This document shows positions 51,622-61,651 of a DNA stretch of 64,000 bases, one piece after another. Positions within the stretch are counted from its first letter, which is position 1. Each line of letters starts with the position of its first letter. The notes below the pieces were generated by a model. That model was given only the letters and a program-made list of their open reading frames with translations. It searched no databases and was not told the DNA's origin. The translations under genes and the position numbers were made by a program. Origin of the DNA: Candidatus Omnitrophota bacterium (GTDB lineage Bacteria > Omnitrophota > Gorgyraeia > Gygaellales > Profunditerraquicolaceae); the NCBI GenBank assembly GCA_028715785.1, contig JAQURC010000005.1, positions 2,095 to 66,094 of the forward strand, read 5' to 3'.

Positions 51622-53213
51622 GTCCGGATTACCTTTACGGTCAAAATATTTTCTAATTTTCTTATTTTATCCTGGATTTCCGAAGAAACCTGGTTATCCA
51701 CGCTCCATACGCTGATTGCTTTATCGCCGGGCTTGTTGCGGCCCAAGGCCATGGCGGCAATATTGATACTATTTTTACCCATCAGCGTTCCCAGATTTCC
51801 GATTAAACCCGGCTTATCCAGGTTACGGATAAAAATCATTTCGCCGACCGGATACAGGTCCAGATAATAATCGTCGATCTTAACAATCCTGGGCTGTTTA
51901 TTGCCGGAAAGCGTCCCCAGGATCGACTTGGTTTCTTTATCTGTTTTGATCTCCAGCTGGATAAGATTTACAAATTCGCCTTCCTGGCCGGATTTTGATT
52001 CAAGGAGCTTTATCCCTCTTTCTTTAAGCAAGGATATGCCGTTAACGAAATTAACCGTTTCCTTTAATATGGGGGTCAGTATCCCTTTAACTAAAGCCAT
52101 GGTCACCGGGCTTAAATCATATTTAGTAATCTGCCCGCTGTAACTTATGACTAACTCCTGGAACCTGCCTTCGACCAATTGACCGGCAAACATTCCCAAT
52201 TTTTCTCCTAAATTAATATATGGGTTGAGGATCTTGCAGGCCTCCGCGTCTAAACAGGGATAATTTGCGGCGTTGCGTATACCTTTGCCTAAGAGCGCAT
52301 CACGCACAATCTCGGCAACTTCAATGGCGACGTTAACCTGGGCCTCTTCGGTGGAGGCGCCAAGATGCGGAGTAGTGATTACATTATCAAGTTTTAGAAA
52401 TTCACTATCGGCGGGCAGCGGCTCATTTTCAAAAACATCCATTGCCGCTCCGGCCACCTTGCCTTCTTTTAAGGCCTTGGCTAAAGCAGTCTCATCGATA
52501 ATCCCGCCGCGGGCGCAGTTGATGATCCGGACGCCTTTTTTCATTACAGCGAATTCTTTATCCGAAATCATGTGCCTGGTTTCTTCGGTTAAAGGCGCAT
52601 GCACGGTAATATAATCGGATTCCTGCAGCACCTTTTTTAGTTCGGCGATCTCAACGCCGATACTCTCGGCTACTTTTGCCGATAGAAAAGGGTCGAAGGC
52701 CAGGACATTCATACCGAATGATTTTGCCCTTTTGGCAACCTCTGAACCGATCCTGCCGAATCCCACGATACCCAAAACCTTATTATACAATTCGACGCCC
52801 ATGAATTTGGAACGCTTCCACTCCCCCTTTTTCATCGAGGCATTTGCCTGGGCGATATTCCTGGATAAAGCCAAGATCATGCTGAAGGTATGTTCGGCGG
52901 TAGAAATGGTGTTTCCCGCAGGCGTATTCATGACGATAATCCCATGTTGTGTAGCCGCTTCTAAATCCACGTTATCCAAGCCCACGCCGGCCCGGCCGAT
53001 AACCTTTAATTTTTTGGCTGCCGCGATAATTTCTTTGGTCACCTTAGTCGCGCTGCGCACAACTAAAGCGTCGTAATCCTTGATTATTTCTTTTAAAGCA
53101 TCAGGCTTTAAATCTGTTTTTACCTCAACGGTTAACTCTTTAGAGCCTTTAAATACTTTAAGCCCTTCTTCGCTTAATGCGTCACTAATTAGAACTTTAA
53201 TCATCTTATTCAC
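51618..53213 (-). CDS. serA: D-3-phosphoglycerate dehydrogenase (with C-terminal ACT domain)
   Basis: 'GIVGFGRIGSEVA' NAD-binding site; 531 aa with an ASB/ACT tail. Confidence 0.9.
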   Translation of the reverse strand: MNKMIKVLISDALSEEGLKVFKGSKELTVEVKTDLKPDALKEIIKDYDALVVRSATKVTKEIIAAAKKLKVIGRAGVGLDNVDLEAATQHGIIVMNTPAGNTISTAEHTFSMILALSRNIAQANASMKKGEWKRSKFMGVELYNKVLGIVGFGRIGSEVAKRAKSFGMNVLAFDPFLSAKVAESIGVEIAELKKVLQESDYITVHAPLTEETRHMISDKEFAVMKKGVRIINCARGGIIDETALAKALKEGKVAGAAMDVFENEPLPADSEFLKLDNVITTPHLGASTEEAQVNVAIEVAEIVRDALLGKGIRNAANYPCLDAEACKILNPYINLGEKLGMFAGQLVEGRFQELVISYSGQITKYDLSPVTMALVKGILTPILKETVNFVNGISLLKERGIKLLESKSGQEGEFVNLIQLEIKTDKETKSILGTLSGNKQPRIVKIDDYYLDLYPVGEMIFIRNLDKPGLIGNLGTLMGKNSINIAAMALGRNKPGDKAISVWSVDNQVSSEIQDKIRKLENILTVKVIRT

Positions 53214-54349
53214 CCCTTTAAAAATACCTCTTCGGCTGCCTTGATTCCGGCGCCTAAAGTAAATTTATACCCCATTTGAGTAAGCACTTTTTCCAAACAA
53301 GACAAACCGGTAATAATATCGGATTCAGCGATATAACCCATATGCGCGATGCGGAAAATCTTGCCCTTTAATTCAGCCTGGCCGCCGGCAATGGTTACCC
53401 CGTAAGTATCACGCATCGTTTTGACCAGCTTTTCACCGTCGATACCGCTAGGCACCTTCACTGCCGTAACTCCGTCGGAGGGGGCAGTCGGGGCAAATAA
53501 CTCAAGGCCCAAGGCCTTGGCCGCCGCCCGCGTTGCATCTGCCATCGTCTTGTGGCGCTTAAATATATACTCTAATCCGTCCTTCTGCATAATTTTTAAG
53601 GCCTCATTTAAAGCATCGATTAAGGTAATGGATGATGTAAACGGCGTATCGTTTTTATCCAAAGCTTTTTTAGCTTTCCTTAAATCTAAATAATAACGGC
53701 CGGATTTTGCAGCCTCGACTAATTTCCAGGCTTTGGAACTGACTGTGATAAAACCTAACCCCGGAGGAAGCATCAGCCCTTTTTGCGATCCGGCAACCAC
53801 GACATCCACTCCCCAGGCATCTGTTTTTAAATCTACCGCGCCCAAACCGCTGATGGCATCGACAACCAGCACTGCGGGGCCGGCCTTGACTACCGCGGCA
53901 ATTGCGGCGATATCATTATCCACGCCGGTTGAAGTCTCACACAGAGTAGTAAATACCGCTTTTATCTGCGGGTTGGATTTGAGCCTCTTTTGTATTTCCT
54001 GCGGGTTAACGGCCTTGCCCCACTCCACATCAAGAACTTCAGTATTAACCCCATAAGCTTTGGCAATCTCGGTCCATCTTTCTCCGAATTTTCCGCCCTG
54101 CACCACTAAAGCGGTGTCTCCGCAAGAAAGCAGGTTGATTACCGCTGCTTCCATCGCCCCGGTTCCCGAAGAAGAAATAATAAAAACGTCGTTAGCCGTC
54201 TGAAAAACCCATTTTAATCCTGTGCCTGCCTCTTTTAAAATCTCCTGAAATTGCGGCGTGCGGTGATGGATAATCGGCCTGGCCATTGCCAGGCTTACTT
54301 GCGGGGGCAAAGGGGTTGGGCCGGGTGTCAATAAATATTGCTTGTTCAT
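53210..54349 (-). CDS. class-V aminotransferase (serine-pyruvate/phosphoserine aminotransferase type)
   Basis: 'LLTPGPTPLPP' N-terminus and 'SQKGLMLPPGLG' PLP-lysine motif; adjacent to serA. Confidence 0.8.
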   Translation of the reverse strand: MNKQYLLTPGPTPLPPQVSLAMARPIIHHRTPQFQEILKEAGTGLKWVFQTANDVFIISSSGTGAMEAAVINLLSCGDTALVVQGGKFGERWTEIAKAYGVNTEVLDVEWGKAVNPQEIQKRLKSNPQIKAVFTTLCETSTGVDNDIAAIAAVVKAGPAVLVVDAISGLGAVDLKTDAWGVDVVVAGSQKGLMLPPGLGFITVSSKAWKLVEAAKSGRYYLDLRKAKKALDKNDTPFTSSITLIDALNEALKIMQKDGLEYIFKRHKTMADATRAAAKALGLELFAPTAPSDGVTAVKVPSGIDGEKLVKTMRDTYGVTIAGGQAELKGKIFRIAHMGYIAESDIITGLSCLEKVLTQMGYKFTLGAGIKAAEEVFLKG

Positions 54350-54377
54350 TTTGGATCTCCTTAAAATAAAATTGTTT

Positions 54378-54989
54378 TTATTTCTTCTTGTTTTCCGGTA
54401 AGATTACCTCATCAACTAAACCATAATCCCTGGATTCCTGAGAGGACATAAAATAATCCCTGTCGGTATCCTTCTGTATCTTATCCAGCGGCTGGCCGGT
54501 GTGCTTGGCCAGGATTTCATTGATCCGGTCGCGCAATTTTAAGATCTCCTTTGCCTGGATAGAAATATCGGCAGCGGCTCCCTGCACTCCTCCCCAGGGC
54601 TGGTGGATCATAATGCGCGAATTAGGAAGCGCAAAACGCTTTCCTTTGGTGCCCGCTGATAATAAAACCGCCCCCATGCTGGATGCCTGCCCCACGCAAT
54701 AAGTAGCGACATCGCATTTCACAAACTGCATCGTATCATAAATCGCCAGTCCGGCGGTAACCGAACCGCCCGGGGAATTGATATAGACATTGATATCTTT
54801 ATCCTTATCCTCCATCTGCATGAAAAGCAGCTGGGCGATCACCAGATTCGCCACGTAATCATCGACGGGGGTACCGATAAACAAAATGCGGTCTTTTAAA
54901 AGGCGCGAATAAATATCATAAGCGCGCTCAAAACCGCGGGGGGTCTGTTCAATGACCATCGGCACCAATACCTGCATTCTCTTATCCAT
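54378..54989 (-). CDS. clpP: ATP-dependent Clp protease proteolytic subunit
   Basis: '[14 protein letters not shown]' active-site Ser and 'MIHQP' His. Likely start 'MDKRMQ' (ATG 54989) with 'aaggagg' SD; the track start 55007 is GTG. Confidence 0.9.
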   Translation of the reverse strand: MDKRMQVLVPMVIEQTPRGFERAYDIYSRLLKDRILFIGTPVDDYVANLVIAQLLFMQMEDKDKDINVYINSPGGSVTAGLAIYDTMQFVKCDVATYCVGQASSMGAVLLSAGTKGKRFALPNSRIMIHQPWGGVQGAAADISIQAKEILKLRDRINEILAKHTGQPLDKIQKDTDRDYFMSSQESRDYGLVDEVILPENKKK

Positions 54990-55047
54990 ATTAACCTCCT
55001 TGGCCACAAGGCCATACCCGCGTAATTCCTTATAAACACGGGGTGAT
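54990..55047 (-). promoter_or_regulatory. conserved 5'-leader motif, copy Y (tig-clpP intergenic)
   Basis: Sense sequence 'caccccgtgtttataaggaattacgcgggtatggccttgtggccaaggaggttaatATG'. Hairpins CCCGUG/CGCGGG and UGGCC-UUGU-GGCCA precede the SD. Confidence 0.45.
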
Positions 55048-55052
55048 TCTAC

Positions 55053-55928
55053 CTATCCTACCTGCCAATCCGCCTGGCTTAACAAAAATTCCATGACCCT
55101 GCGCGGCATATGGTCGTCTATGGGAATATTTTCTTTTTTGGCAATCTGGGATAAAACTAAATATACCTTAACCTGCTTCTTGGCTTCCGGCTCAATCCCC
55201 TGCAAAAGTAATTTCTCCTGTTCATCGATCTTATCCCGCGGCAGGCCTTTCATCGCTAAATCGATCTTAGACTGCCTAAGCATATCTTGAGTTTGCCGGT
55301 CAACCAGCCCTTGCGGCAGTTTAAACTCCAGCCCCTTCATTATGCCTTCAATTAATTCATTTTCGATGCGCGAGCGCTCCTGGTTTTCTTTGCTCATAAA
55401 AATCTGCCTTTCTACCGCCTTCTCCAGCTCCGCCAAATTAGGATACCCCAGGGAACGGCTGAATTTATCATCCAGGACTTGCGCCTTGCGCGACTCTTTA
55501 ACCGAATCAATCTGCCTTTTTATTTCATCGCTTGAAACCGAAACTGTTTTAAAATTTATCTTCTGGTTCTTATAATTTTTAACCGCGATCTCCGGGGTCA
55601 CCTCCACGACAGCCTTAAAAGAAAGGCTGGCCCGGTCAAGCTTAACGTCGGTTATCTGCGGAAGTTCGATGACATCGAGTTTTTCCGCCTCAATCGCCCG
55701 GTTATAGACATCCGGAACCAGCTCTTTTAGGACCTGCTCATGGACGGCTGCCGCGTAATGCTTTTCTAAAACATCTCTTGGCGCTTTACCGGGACGAAAA
55801 CCCGGCACCTTGGCCTCTTTGGCAATCTGGGAGAAAACCTCCTCAAATTTATTTTTTACCTGTTCGCCGCTTACCGCCACGTTAATTTCGCATTTTGTGC
55901 TGTCCAGCTTCTTAACTTCGGTTTTCAT
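55053..55928 (-). CDS. tig: trigger factor lacking the central FKBP-type PPIase domain
   Basis: N-terminal ribosome-binding domain with 'GFRPGKAP'. It joins directly to C-domain-like sequence; 291 aa versus ~430 aa typical. Confidence 0.65.
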   Translation of the reverse strand: MKTEVKKLDSTKCEINVAVSGEQVKNKFEEVFSQIAKEAKVPGFRPGKAPRDVLEKHYAAAVHEQVLKELVPDVYNRAIEAEKLDVIELPQITDVKLDRASLSFKAVVEVTPEIAVKNYKNQKINFKTVSVSSDEIKRQIDSVKESRKAQVLDDKFSRSLGYPNLAELEKAVERQIFMSKENQERSRIENELIEGIMKGLEFKLPQGLVDRQTQDMLRQSKIDLAMKGLPRDKIDEQEKLLLQGIEPEAKKQVKVYLVLSQIAKKENIPIDDHMPRRVMEFLLSQADWQVG

Positions 55929-55940
55929 CTGTTCCCTTTC

Positions 55941-56663
55941 TTACATACGGAATTTCTCACCCAAATAAACTTGGCGCGCCTGAGGATGATTGATCAGTTC
56001 ATGCGCCGTGCCTGAAATAAGTATTAAGCCGTCTGAGATTAAATACGCCCGGTCGGTTATGGCCAGAGTTTCGCGCACATTATGATCGGTCAATAAAATC
56101 CCCAGGCCTTTGGCCTTCAGTTCCTTGATAATTTCCTGCGCTTCGTTAACCACTATCGGATCAATGCCTGAAAAAGGCTCATCCAAAAGTATAAAAGAGG
56201 GGTTAGTCACCAGCGCCCGGGTAATCTCAAGGCGCCTCCTTTCTCCGCCGCTTAAGGTATAGGCTTTGTTTTTGGCTAAATGCGCGATATTCAATTCTTC
56301 AAGCAAAGATGCCAGCCTGCGTTTTCTCTCCGGACGCCCCAGAGGCAAAGTTTCCAGGATCGCGTTTATATTTTCTTCCACCGTCAGCTTACGGAATATC
56401 GAGGCCTCCTGCGAAAGATAACCTATTCCAAAACGCGCCCGCTCATGGATAGGAAGATTAGTGATCCGGTGGTTATCAAAAATAATCGTGCCGCTATTGG
56501 GAGGGACAATCCCGACAATCATATAAAAAGTCGTGGTTTTGCCCGCGCCGTTTGGCCCAAGAAGCCCCACAATCTCGCCGCGTTTGACCGTAATATCGAC
56601 GCCCTTGACTACCTGGCGTCCGTCATATGATTTGGTCAGCCCTTTAGTTTCCAAAAGCCGCAT
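55941..56663 (-). CDS. lptB: LPS export ABC transporter ATP-binding protein
   Basis: '[14 protein letters not shown]' Walker A, '[11 protein letters not shown]' signature; 240 aa. Confidence 0.9.
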   Translation of the reverse strand: MRLLETKGLTKSYDGRQVVKGVDITVKRGEIVGLLGPNGAGKTTTFYMIVGIVPPNSGTIIFDNHRITNLPIHERARFGIGYLSQEASIFRKLTVEENINAILETLPLGRPERKRRLASLLEELNIAHLAKNKAYTLSGGERRRLEITRALVTNPSFILLDEPFSGIDPIVVNEAQEIIKELKAKGLGILLTDHNVRETLAITDRAYLISDGLILISGTAHELINHPQARQVYLGEKFRM

Positions 56664-57522
56664 TACTCATATTCTCCGTTTGATAAATGATTATCTGTGG
56701 CCTGCCGGTCAAGCTTATTTTTTTATCCAAAGCGGTATAGACTGCCTCCTGGCTGTAAGAAATATTTTCACCGCGGATGATCCGCACATTCCCCTGAGAG
56801 ACAATCTTGTTAATGGAGCTGGACATCAAATCCGGGCTTTGATCCTTTTTGCTTGGCTCCTGCTTGGGAGAAAAATAAACCTGCATCTTGTCGCTGTAAA
56901 TGGTCATGTCCGATTTCTCTACTTTAACATTATTATTAAATACGGCAATATTTTTTTCATAATCAATATCCAGCGGCCCGTCACAGGTAATCACGATCTT
57001 TTCTTTCTTGTTGGCTTGTTTATCCGAAGGCTGGATATCCAGGCGCACGTCTTTTTCCAGCACAACCTGCTTTAAAGCGGTCTGCCCTTTTGCCCCGACT
57101 CCGGCAAGATTCATATCCGAACGCGCCAGATTAACCTTGTCCAAGGTGCTAACGATCTGCTGTTTACGGTCCCAATCAAGAGAATCGGTGGTAAGCTTTG
57201 CTCCGCTGGAGGTGGTAATTACCACATTTTTTTCCAGATGCACCACTCCGCTGCTCTTATTGAAATCGCCGTTATCGGCAGTCAGGTTTATACTATCCTT
57301 ATCCCCGTAATGGTTGCCCACTACTTCTTTGAGCTTCACCACGTCATTGTAGATATCCGCTGATTTCCCGGCAAGGTCCCAGGCCTTTTTCCCTTTTTCG
57401 CCGGAACCGGAAAGGGAAAAATCGCCGATCTGCTGAGGGGATTCTTTAGTTTCTTCTGCTATAAGAATACCGTGGGCAAGAAATAAAAACGCAAAAACCA
57501 AAACTATCTTTTTAAGCTCCAT
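56644..57522 (-). CDS. LptA/OstA-like periplasmic LPS transport protein
   Basis: Signal peptide and beta-jellyroll OstA-like repeats; position between kdsC and lptB. Confidence 0.55.
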   Translation of the reverse strand: MELKKIVLVFAFLFLAHGILIAEETKESPQQIGDFSLSGSGEKGKKAWDLAGKSADIYNDVVKLKEVVGNHYGDKDSINLTADNGDFNKSSGVVHLEKNVVITTSSGAKLTTDSLDWDRKQQIVSTLDKVNLARSDMNLAGVGAKGQTALKQVVLEKDVRLDIQPSDKQANKKEKIVITCDGPLDIDYEKNIAVFNNNVKVEKSDMTIYSDKMQVYFSPKQEPSKKDQSPDLMSSSINKIVSQGNVRIIRGENISYSQEAVYTALDKKISLTGRPQIIIYQTENMSNAAFGN

Positions 57523-58051
57523 AAAACCTTAAAACGTCTTTCCATTTATCCTGCAACCTAAGGATTAGTTCCGCAATTTCCCTGACCGCTCCGCGGCCGC
57601 CTGAGCGGTTGGTTATAAAAAGGGCGGCCTCCTTTATTTCCAAAGAGGCATTGGCAACCGCAACGGGCAGGCCGACCTTACGCATCAGCGACAGGTCCAC
57701 CAGGTCATCCCCCATAAAACAAACCTCATCCAAAGAAACATTGTATTTTTTAAGTATCCTGTCCAGGACCGCCGTCTTCGGGAAGATATCGGCAAAAACT
57801 TCGGCAACATGCATATCTCTTGCCCGAGGCTTAATCGCCTTGGATCTTTTGGCCGTAATCAAAATAGTCTTGATGCCGGATTTATGCAGGACAAAAACGC
57901 CCAGGCCGTCATGCACGTCAAAAAATTTTGAATCCCGGCCCCGGGAATCATAAATTATCCTGCCGTCGGTCAGGACCCCGTCGACATCCAATAAGAGCAG
58001 CTTGATCTTCCTGAAACGCGCTTTTAATTCTTCCGAAATCATCTCTGCCAT
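57512..58051 (-). CDS. kdsC: 3-deoxy-D-manno-octulosonate 8-phosphate phosphatase (HAD family)
   Basis: 'LLLLDVDGVLTDGRIIY' HAD motif I; 179 aa. Confidence 0.8.
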   Translation of the reverse strand: MAEMISEELKARFRKIKLLLLDVDGVLTDGRIIYDSRGRDSKFFDVHDGLGVFVLHKSGIKTILITAKRSKAIKPRARDMHVAEVFADIFPKTAVLDRILKKYNVSLDEVCFMGDDLVDLSLMRKVGLPVAVANASLEIKEAALFITNRSGGRGAVREIAELILRLQDKWKDVLRFYGA

Positions 58052-58067
58052 TTTTCTAAAAACTCCT

Positions 58068-59036
58068 TTAAACTAAACCCGCCTTAAGCAGGTCCTGCAC
58101 ATCCAATAAACCCTGCGGATGCATATCTTTATCAACTACAGGGACCTCATCAATCCTCTTGGCTTGCAATATGCGCATTGCTTCGGCAGCCAGCATATCT
58201 TTATTTACCACGGTAGGATTCCTGGTCATTACCTCGCTGATCCGGCGGTCCGGAAGGTCCTTATCGCTTTCCAGATGCCGGCGCAGATCTCCGTCGGTAA
58301 AAATTCCTTTTAGCCTCCCCTGTTTATCCACGACGATTGCCGAGCCGGCGCGCGCACGGGTTATGGCAAAAAGCACCTGGGAAACTTTTTTATTTTCATC
58401 CACAATGGCATTGGCTTGGCCGCTTCGCATGATATCTTCTACGGTCAAGAGCAGGCGCCGGCCCAGGGCCCCCCCGGGATGGAAAAAAGCAAAATCTTTT
58501 TCTTTGAAACTTTTGCGTTCCAATAAACATACCGCCAGGGCATCGGCCATCGCTAAAGAAGCGGTAGTCGAAGCTGTCGGCGCCAAGCCCAGGGGACAGG
58601 CCTCTTTCTTCACCGAGACATCCAAAACTACATCGCTATATTTGGCCAGGATCGATTTTGTGTTGCCGGTAAGCGAAATTATCGGCGAACCTATTTTTTT
58701 AAGTATCGGTAAAAGCTGTTTCATCTCCTCGGTTGAACCGCTGTTAGAAAGGATGATTACGACATCATCCGCGGTAACTTTGCCTAAATCGCCGTGGATA
58801 GCTTCGGCCGTATGCAAGAACAAACTGGGAGTGCCGGTAGAAGCCAAAGTTGCCGAAAATTTCTGCGCGATAATGCCGGTCTTGCCCATCCCGCTGACGA
58901 CAACCCTGCCCTTGCATTTAAGAATCAACTCCACGGCTTTGGTAAAATTTCTTCCCAGCCGGCCTTTAAGCAATCTTATCGCCTGGGCTTCAATCTCTAA
59001 GACTTCTTTTGCCCGCTTAATCACATTTATCTTCAT
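58068..59036 (-). CDS. kdsD: arabinose-5-phosphate isomerase (SIS plus CBS pair)
   Basis: 'GRVVVSGMGKTGIIAQK' SIS motif and C-terminal CBS domains. Confidence 0.9.
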   Translation of the reverse strand: MKINVIKRAKEVLEIEAQAIRLLKGRLGRNFTKAVELILKCKGRVVVSGMGKTGIIAQKFSATLASTGTPSLFLHTAEAIHGDLGKVTADDVVIILSNSGSTEEMKQLLPILKKIGSPIISLTGNTKSILAKYSDVVLDVSVKKEACPLGLAPTASTTASLAMADALAVCLLERKSFKEKDFAFFHPGGALGRRLLLTVEDIMRSGQANAIVDENKKVSQVLFAITRARAGSAIVVDKQGRLKGIFTDGDLRRHLESDKDLPDRRISEVMTRNPTVVNKDMLAAEAMRILQAKRIDEVPVVDKDMHPQGLLDVQDLLKAGLV

Positions 59037-59845
59037 AACGCCTGTCTGATCTTTCTTATTTGCTTGAGCAGCCTTTCCAGTTCTTTAAAATTAATCATAT
59101 TGGCGCCATCGCAAAGAGCATTTTTAGGGTCAGGATGCACCTCAAGGAATAAACCATCGCAGCCAAAAGCTACGGCCGCACGAGAGAGCCCGGCGACAAA
59201 CTCGCTTTGCCCGCCGGAACAAGCGCCTTTTGCGCCGGGAAGCTGCACGCTGTGCGTGGCATCATAAATCACCGGATAACCGAAATCGCGCATAATCTTT
59301 AAACTGCGCAAATCAGTAACCAGGTTATTATACCCGAAACTTACCCCGCGCTCGGTAATCAAAATCTGGTTATTGCCTACTGACTCGATCTTCTTGATTA
59401 TCGGCAGGATATCCCAGGGCGCAAGAAACTGGCCCTTCTTGATATTTACCGCTTTACCTGTCGCCGCTGCTGCCAATACGATATCCGTCTGGCGGCTCAA
59501 AAACGCCGGTATTTGAATGATATCCAAAACTTCGGCAGCCGCAGGTATGTCTTTTACGCAATGCACATCGCTTAAAACAGGGATATTGAGGCGCGATTTT
59601 ACTTTTTCTAAAATCGCTAACCCTTCTTTTATCCCCGGGCCCCGGTAAGAGCCTGCGGAAAGCCGGTTGGCTTTATCAAAACTGGATTTAAATATAAAAG
59701 GCATGCCCTGGCGGCAAGCAATATCCTTGATCTTTTTGGCGGCGCTAAGAGTAGCGCTCTCTGACTCGATCACGCATGGCCCGGCAATCAGGACAAGCGG
59801 ATTTTTATCGCCGAATTTTATATTCTCTACATTGACCCGATGCAT
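59033..59845 (-). CDS. kdsA: 2-dehydro-3-deoxyphosphooctonate aldolase (KDO8P synthase)
   Basis: 'LIAGPCVIES' and 'FKSSFDKANR' motifs. Confidence 0.9.
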   Translation of the reverse strand: MHRVNVENIKFGDKNPLVLIAGPCVIESESATLSAAKKIKDIACRQGMPFIFKSSFDKANRLSAGSYRGPGIKEGLAILEKVKSRLNIPVLSDVHCVKDIPAAAEVLDIIQIPAFLSRQTDIVLAAAATGKAVNIKKGQFLAPWDILPIIKKIESVGNNQILITERGVSFGYNNLVTDLRSLKIMRDFGYPVIYDATHSVQLPGAKGACSGGQSEFVAGLSRAAVAFGCDGLFLEVHPDPKNALCDGANMINFKELERLLKQIRKIRQAL

Positions 59846-60585
59846 CAGCTTATTCCCTTCTGCAATTGCTCCCTTACCCTTTCCAGGTCTTCGGGAGTAT
59901 CCACTCCGATCGTATCAAAGGGGGTCTGGATCACTTTGATCTTAAAACCTTCCGCCAATGCGCGCAGCTGCTCCAATTTCTCCGTCTTTTCAAGGTTAGA
60001 AACAGGAAGATTTTTATAAGTAAAAAGAAAATCCTTGGTATATCCATAAAGGCCGATATGTTTATAGTAAACCACCTGTTCGATATCGGCATTCGGCGCC
60101 AGGTACGGGATCGGCGCGCGGGAAAAATATAAAGCAAAATTATTTTTATCAACCACTACTTTTACCACGTTAGGATCAAAAACCTGCTTTGTTGTTTCGA
60201 TCTTCCTCATAATTGTGGCCATATTCAGAGTCTTATCTTCCAATAAAGCGCGGGCAACGCTGTCGATCATCATCGGATGGATCAACGGCTCGTCACCCTG
60301 GATATTAATAACCACCTTTACCTCCAGAGGGTTGACTACTTCACTGATCCTGTCGGTCCCGCAGGCATGCTCCTTGGATGTCATTACGGCATGCGCCCCG
60401 AACCTGGCGGCTACCTCTAAGACGATTTCATGGTCACAGGCAATAATCAGATCATCCAGCATGCGGGAGCGCTTGGCGCGTTCCCAAACATGCTGTAACA
60501 TCGGCTTACCCGCGATATCGGCGAGGACTTTGCCCGCAAACCTGGTCGATTGATATCTAGCCGGTATAACTCCGATTACATCCAT
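59845..60585 (-). CDS. kdsB: 3-deoxy-manno-octulosonate cytidylyltransferase
   Basis: 'VIPARYQSTRFAGK' N-terminus and 'NIQGDEP' motif. Confidence 0.9.
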   Translation of the reverse strand: MDVIGVIPARYQSTRFAGKVLADIAGKPMLQHVWERAKRSRMLDDLIIACDHEIVLEVAARFGAHAVMTSKEHACGTDRISEVVNPLEVKVVINIQGDEPLIHPMMIDSVARALLEDKTLNMATIMRKIETTKQVFDPNVVKVVVDKNNFALYFSRAPIPYLAPNADIEQVVYYKHIGLYGYTKDFLFTYKNLPVSNLEKTEKLEQLRALAEGFKIKVIQTPFDTIGVDTPEDLERVREQLQKGIS

Positions 60586-60586
60586 T

Positions 60587-61600
60587 TTATTTTATCCTCT
60601 CTAAAAGTTCCTTAGGGTGCGTGACCGCGGTCCCTAATTTACCGACGACGAGGCCGGCGGCAAAATTAGCGATATGGGCTGCCTCTAATTTTGAGGCGCC
60701 CGCGCAAAGGGCCAAAGTAAAACTGCTGATTACCGTATCCCCTGCCCCCGATACATCAAAAACCTCCTGTGCCTGCGTCGGTATATGCGTCAAGCGGCCG
60801 TTTTTTTCCAATAATTTCATCCCCTGTTCGCCCAGGGTGACCAGGATAGAATCCAGATTTAAATATTCCAGGATCTCCCGCGCCGCCAGATCCACGTCCT
60901 TATCCGTAAACAGCTTATCCGTATTTATTTTGAAGCGGTTCTCCGTATCCTGTATCTTAAGGTTCCTGATCGCGTTTTCCAGCTCTTTGCGATTAGGGGT
61001 AATTGATGTAACCGCCCGATAATAACGGAAATTTTCTTCTTTAGGGTCTACGGTAATGATTTTTTTACGGGCACGGGCCAGAGAGATAAGCTCTTTAAGC
61101 AACGCGACATTGATTACCCCCTTGCCATAATCCTCGATGATAACGGCGTCAAAAGAACCGATATTTTTTTCGATGTAGCGCAAGATCTTTGTGTTTATTT
61201 CTTTGGGAAGAGCGTGCGTATGTTCCCAATCGACCCTGACCACCTGCTGATGGCCGGCAAGGATGCGCGTCTTTACGGTGGTATGCCTGTTCTTTTCAAC
61301 AAAGATCCCCTGGCTGCCGATTTTTCTCTTTTTCAGCTCGTTAAGTAAAATTTTGGAATTGGTATCGTCCCCGGTGACCCCAAGTAAAGTAACCTTTCCT
61401 CCAAGAGAGCTGATGTTATTGGCGACATTGGCCGTCCCTCCCGGGACAAAGGCGCGGCTCTTTGCCCAAAGGACCGGAACCGGCGCCTCGGGCGAAATCC
61501 TCTCCACGCTGCCCCGGATATATTCATCAAGGATAAGGTCTCCGACCACTAATATCTTAACCTTATTAAATTTCTTTATTATTACCTTAAGATTTCTCAT
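60587..61600 (-). CDS. D-glycero-beta-D-manno-heptose-7-phosphate kinase (RfaE/HldE domain I, PfkB family)
   Basis: 'KILVVGDLILDEYIRGSVERISPEAPVPV' N-terminus and C-terminal 'DVSGAGDT' ribokinase motif. Confidence 0.8.
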   Translation of the reverse strand: MRNLKVIIKKFNKVKILVVGDLILDEYIRGSVERISPEAPVPVLWAKSRAFVPGGTANVANNISSLGGKVTLLGVTGDDTNSKILLNELKKRKIGSQGIFVEKNRHTTVKTRILAGHQQVVRVDWEHTHALPKEINTKILRYIEKNIGSFDAVIIEDYGKGVINVALLKELISLARARKKIITVDPKEENFRYYRAVTSITPNRKELENAIRNLKIQDTENRFKINTDKLFTDKDVDLAAREILEYLNLDSILVTLGEQGMKLLEKNGRLTHIPTQAQEVFDVSGAGDTVISSFTLALCAGASKLEAAHIANFAAGLVVGKLGTAVTHPKELLERIK

Positions 61601-61602
61601 AA

Positions 61603-61650
61603 TATTTTGTGTAACGTTAAACGTGTAACGTGTAATGCAAATCTTTTTTA
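61603..61650. repeat. second copy of the 'TTTTGTGTAACGTTAAAYGTGTAACGTGTAATG' motif, directly upstream of the heptose kinase start
   Basis: Plus strand 'attttgtgtaacgttaaacgtgtaacgtgtaatgcaaatctttt'; the same motif occurs at 44890-44935 with one substitution. Confidence 0.5.
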
Positions 61651-61651
61651 T

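Noticed and set aside
54990-55047. Sigma-54 (-24 GG / -12 GC) promoter in the leader motif
   Set aside because: The GG-to-GC spacing in the GGCC-N4-GGCC palindrome is 9, not 12, and no TGGCAC/TTGC consensus is present. A canonical sigma70 -35 is also absent; only a TATAAG-like hexamer is seen.
58159-59049. 296-aa plus-strand ORF, with similar long plus-strand ORFs at 32718-33311, 56533-57075, 9065-9547, 9777-10277 and 38400-38912
   Set aside because: All lie antisense within well-supported minus-strand genes (kdsD, infB, lptB/lptA, murA, prmC, ispG). Their composition is low-complexity, Ser/Leu/Arg-rich shadow ORF type with no recognisable motifs.
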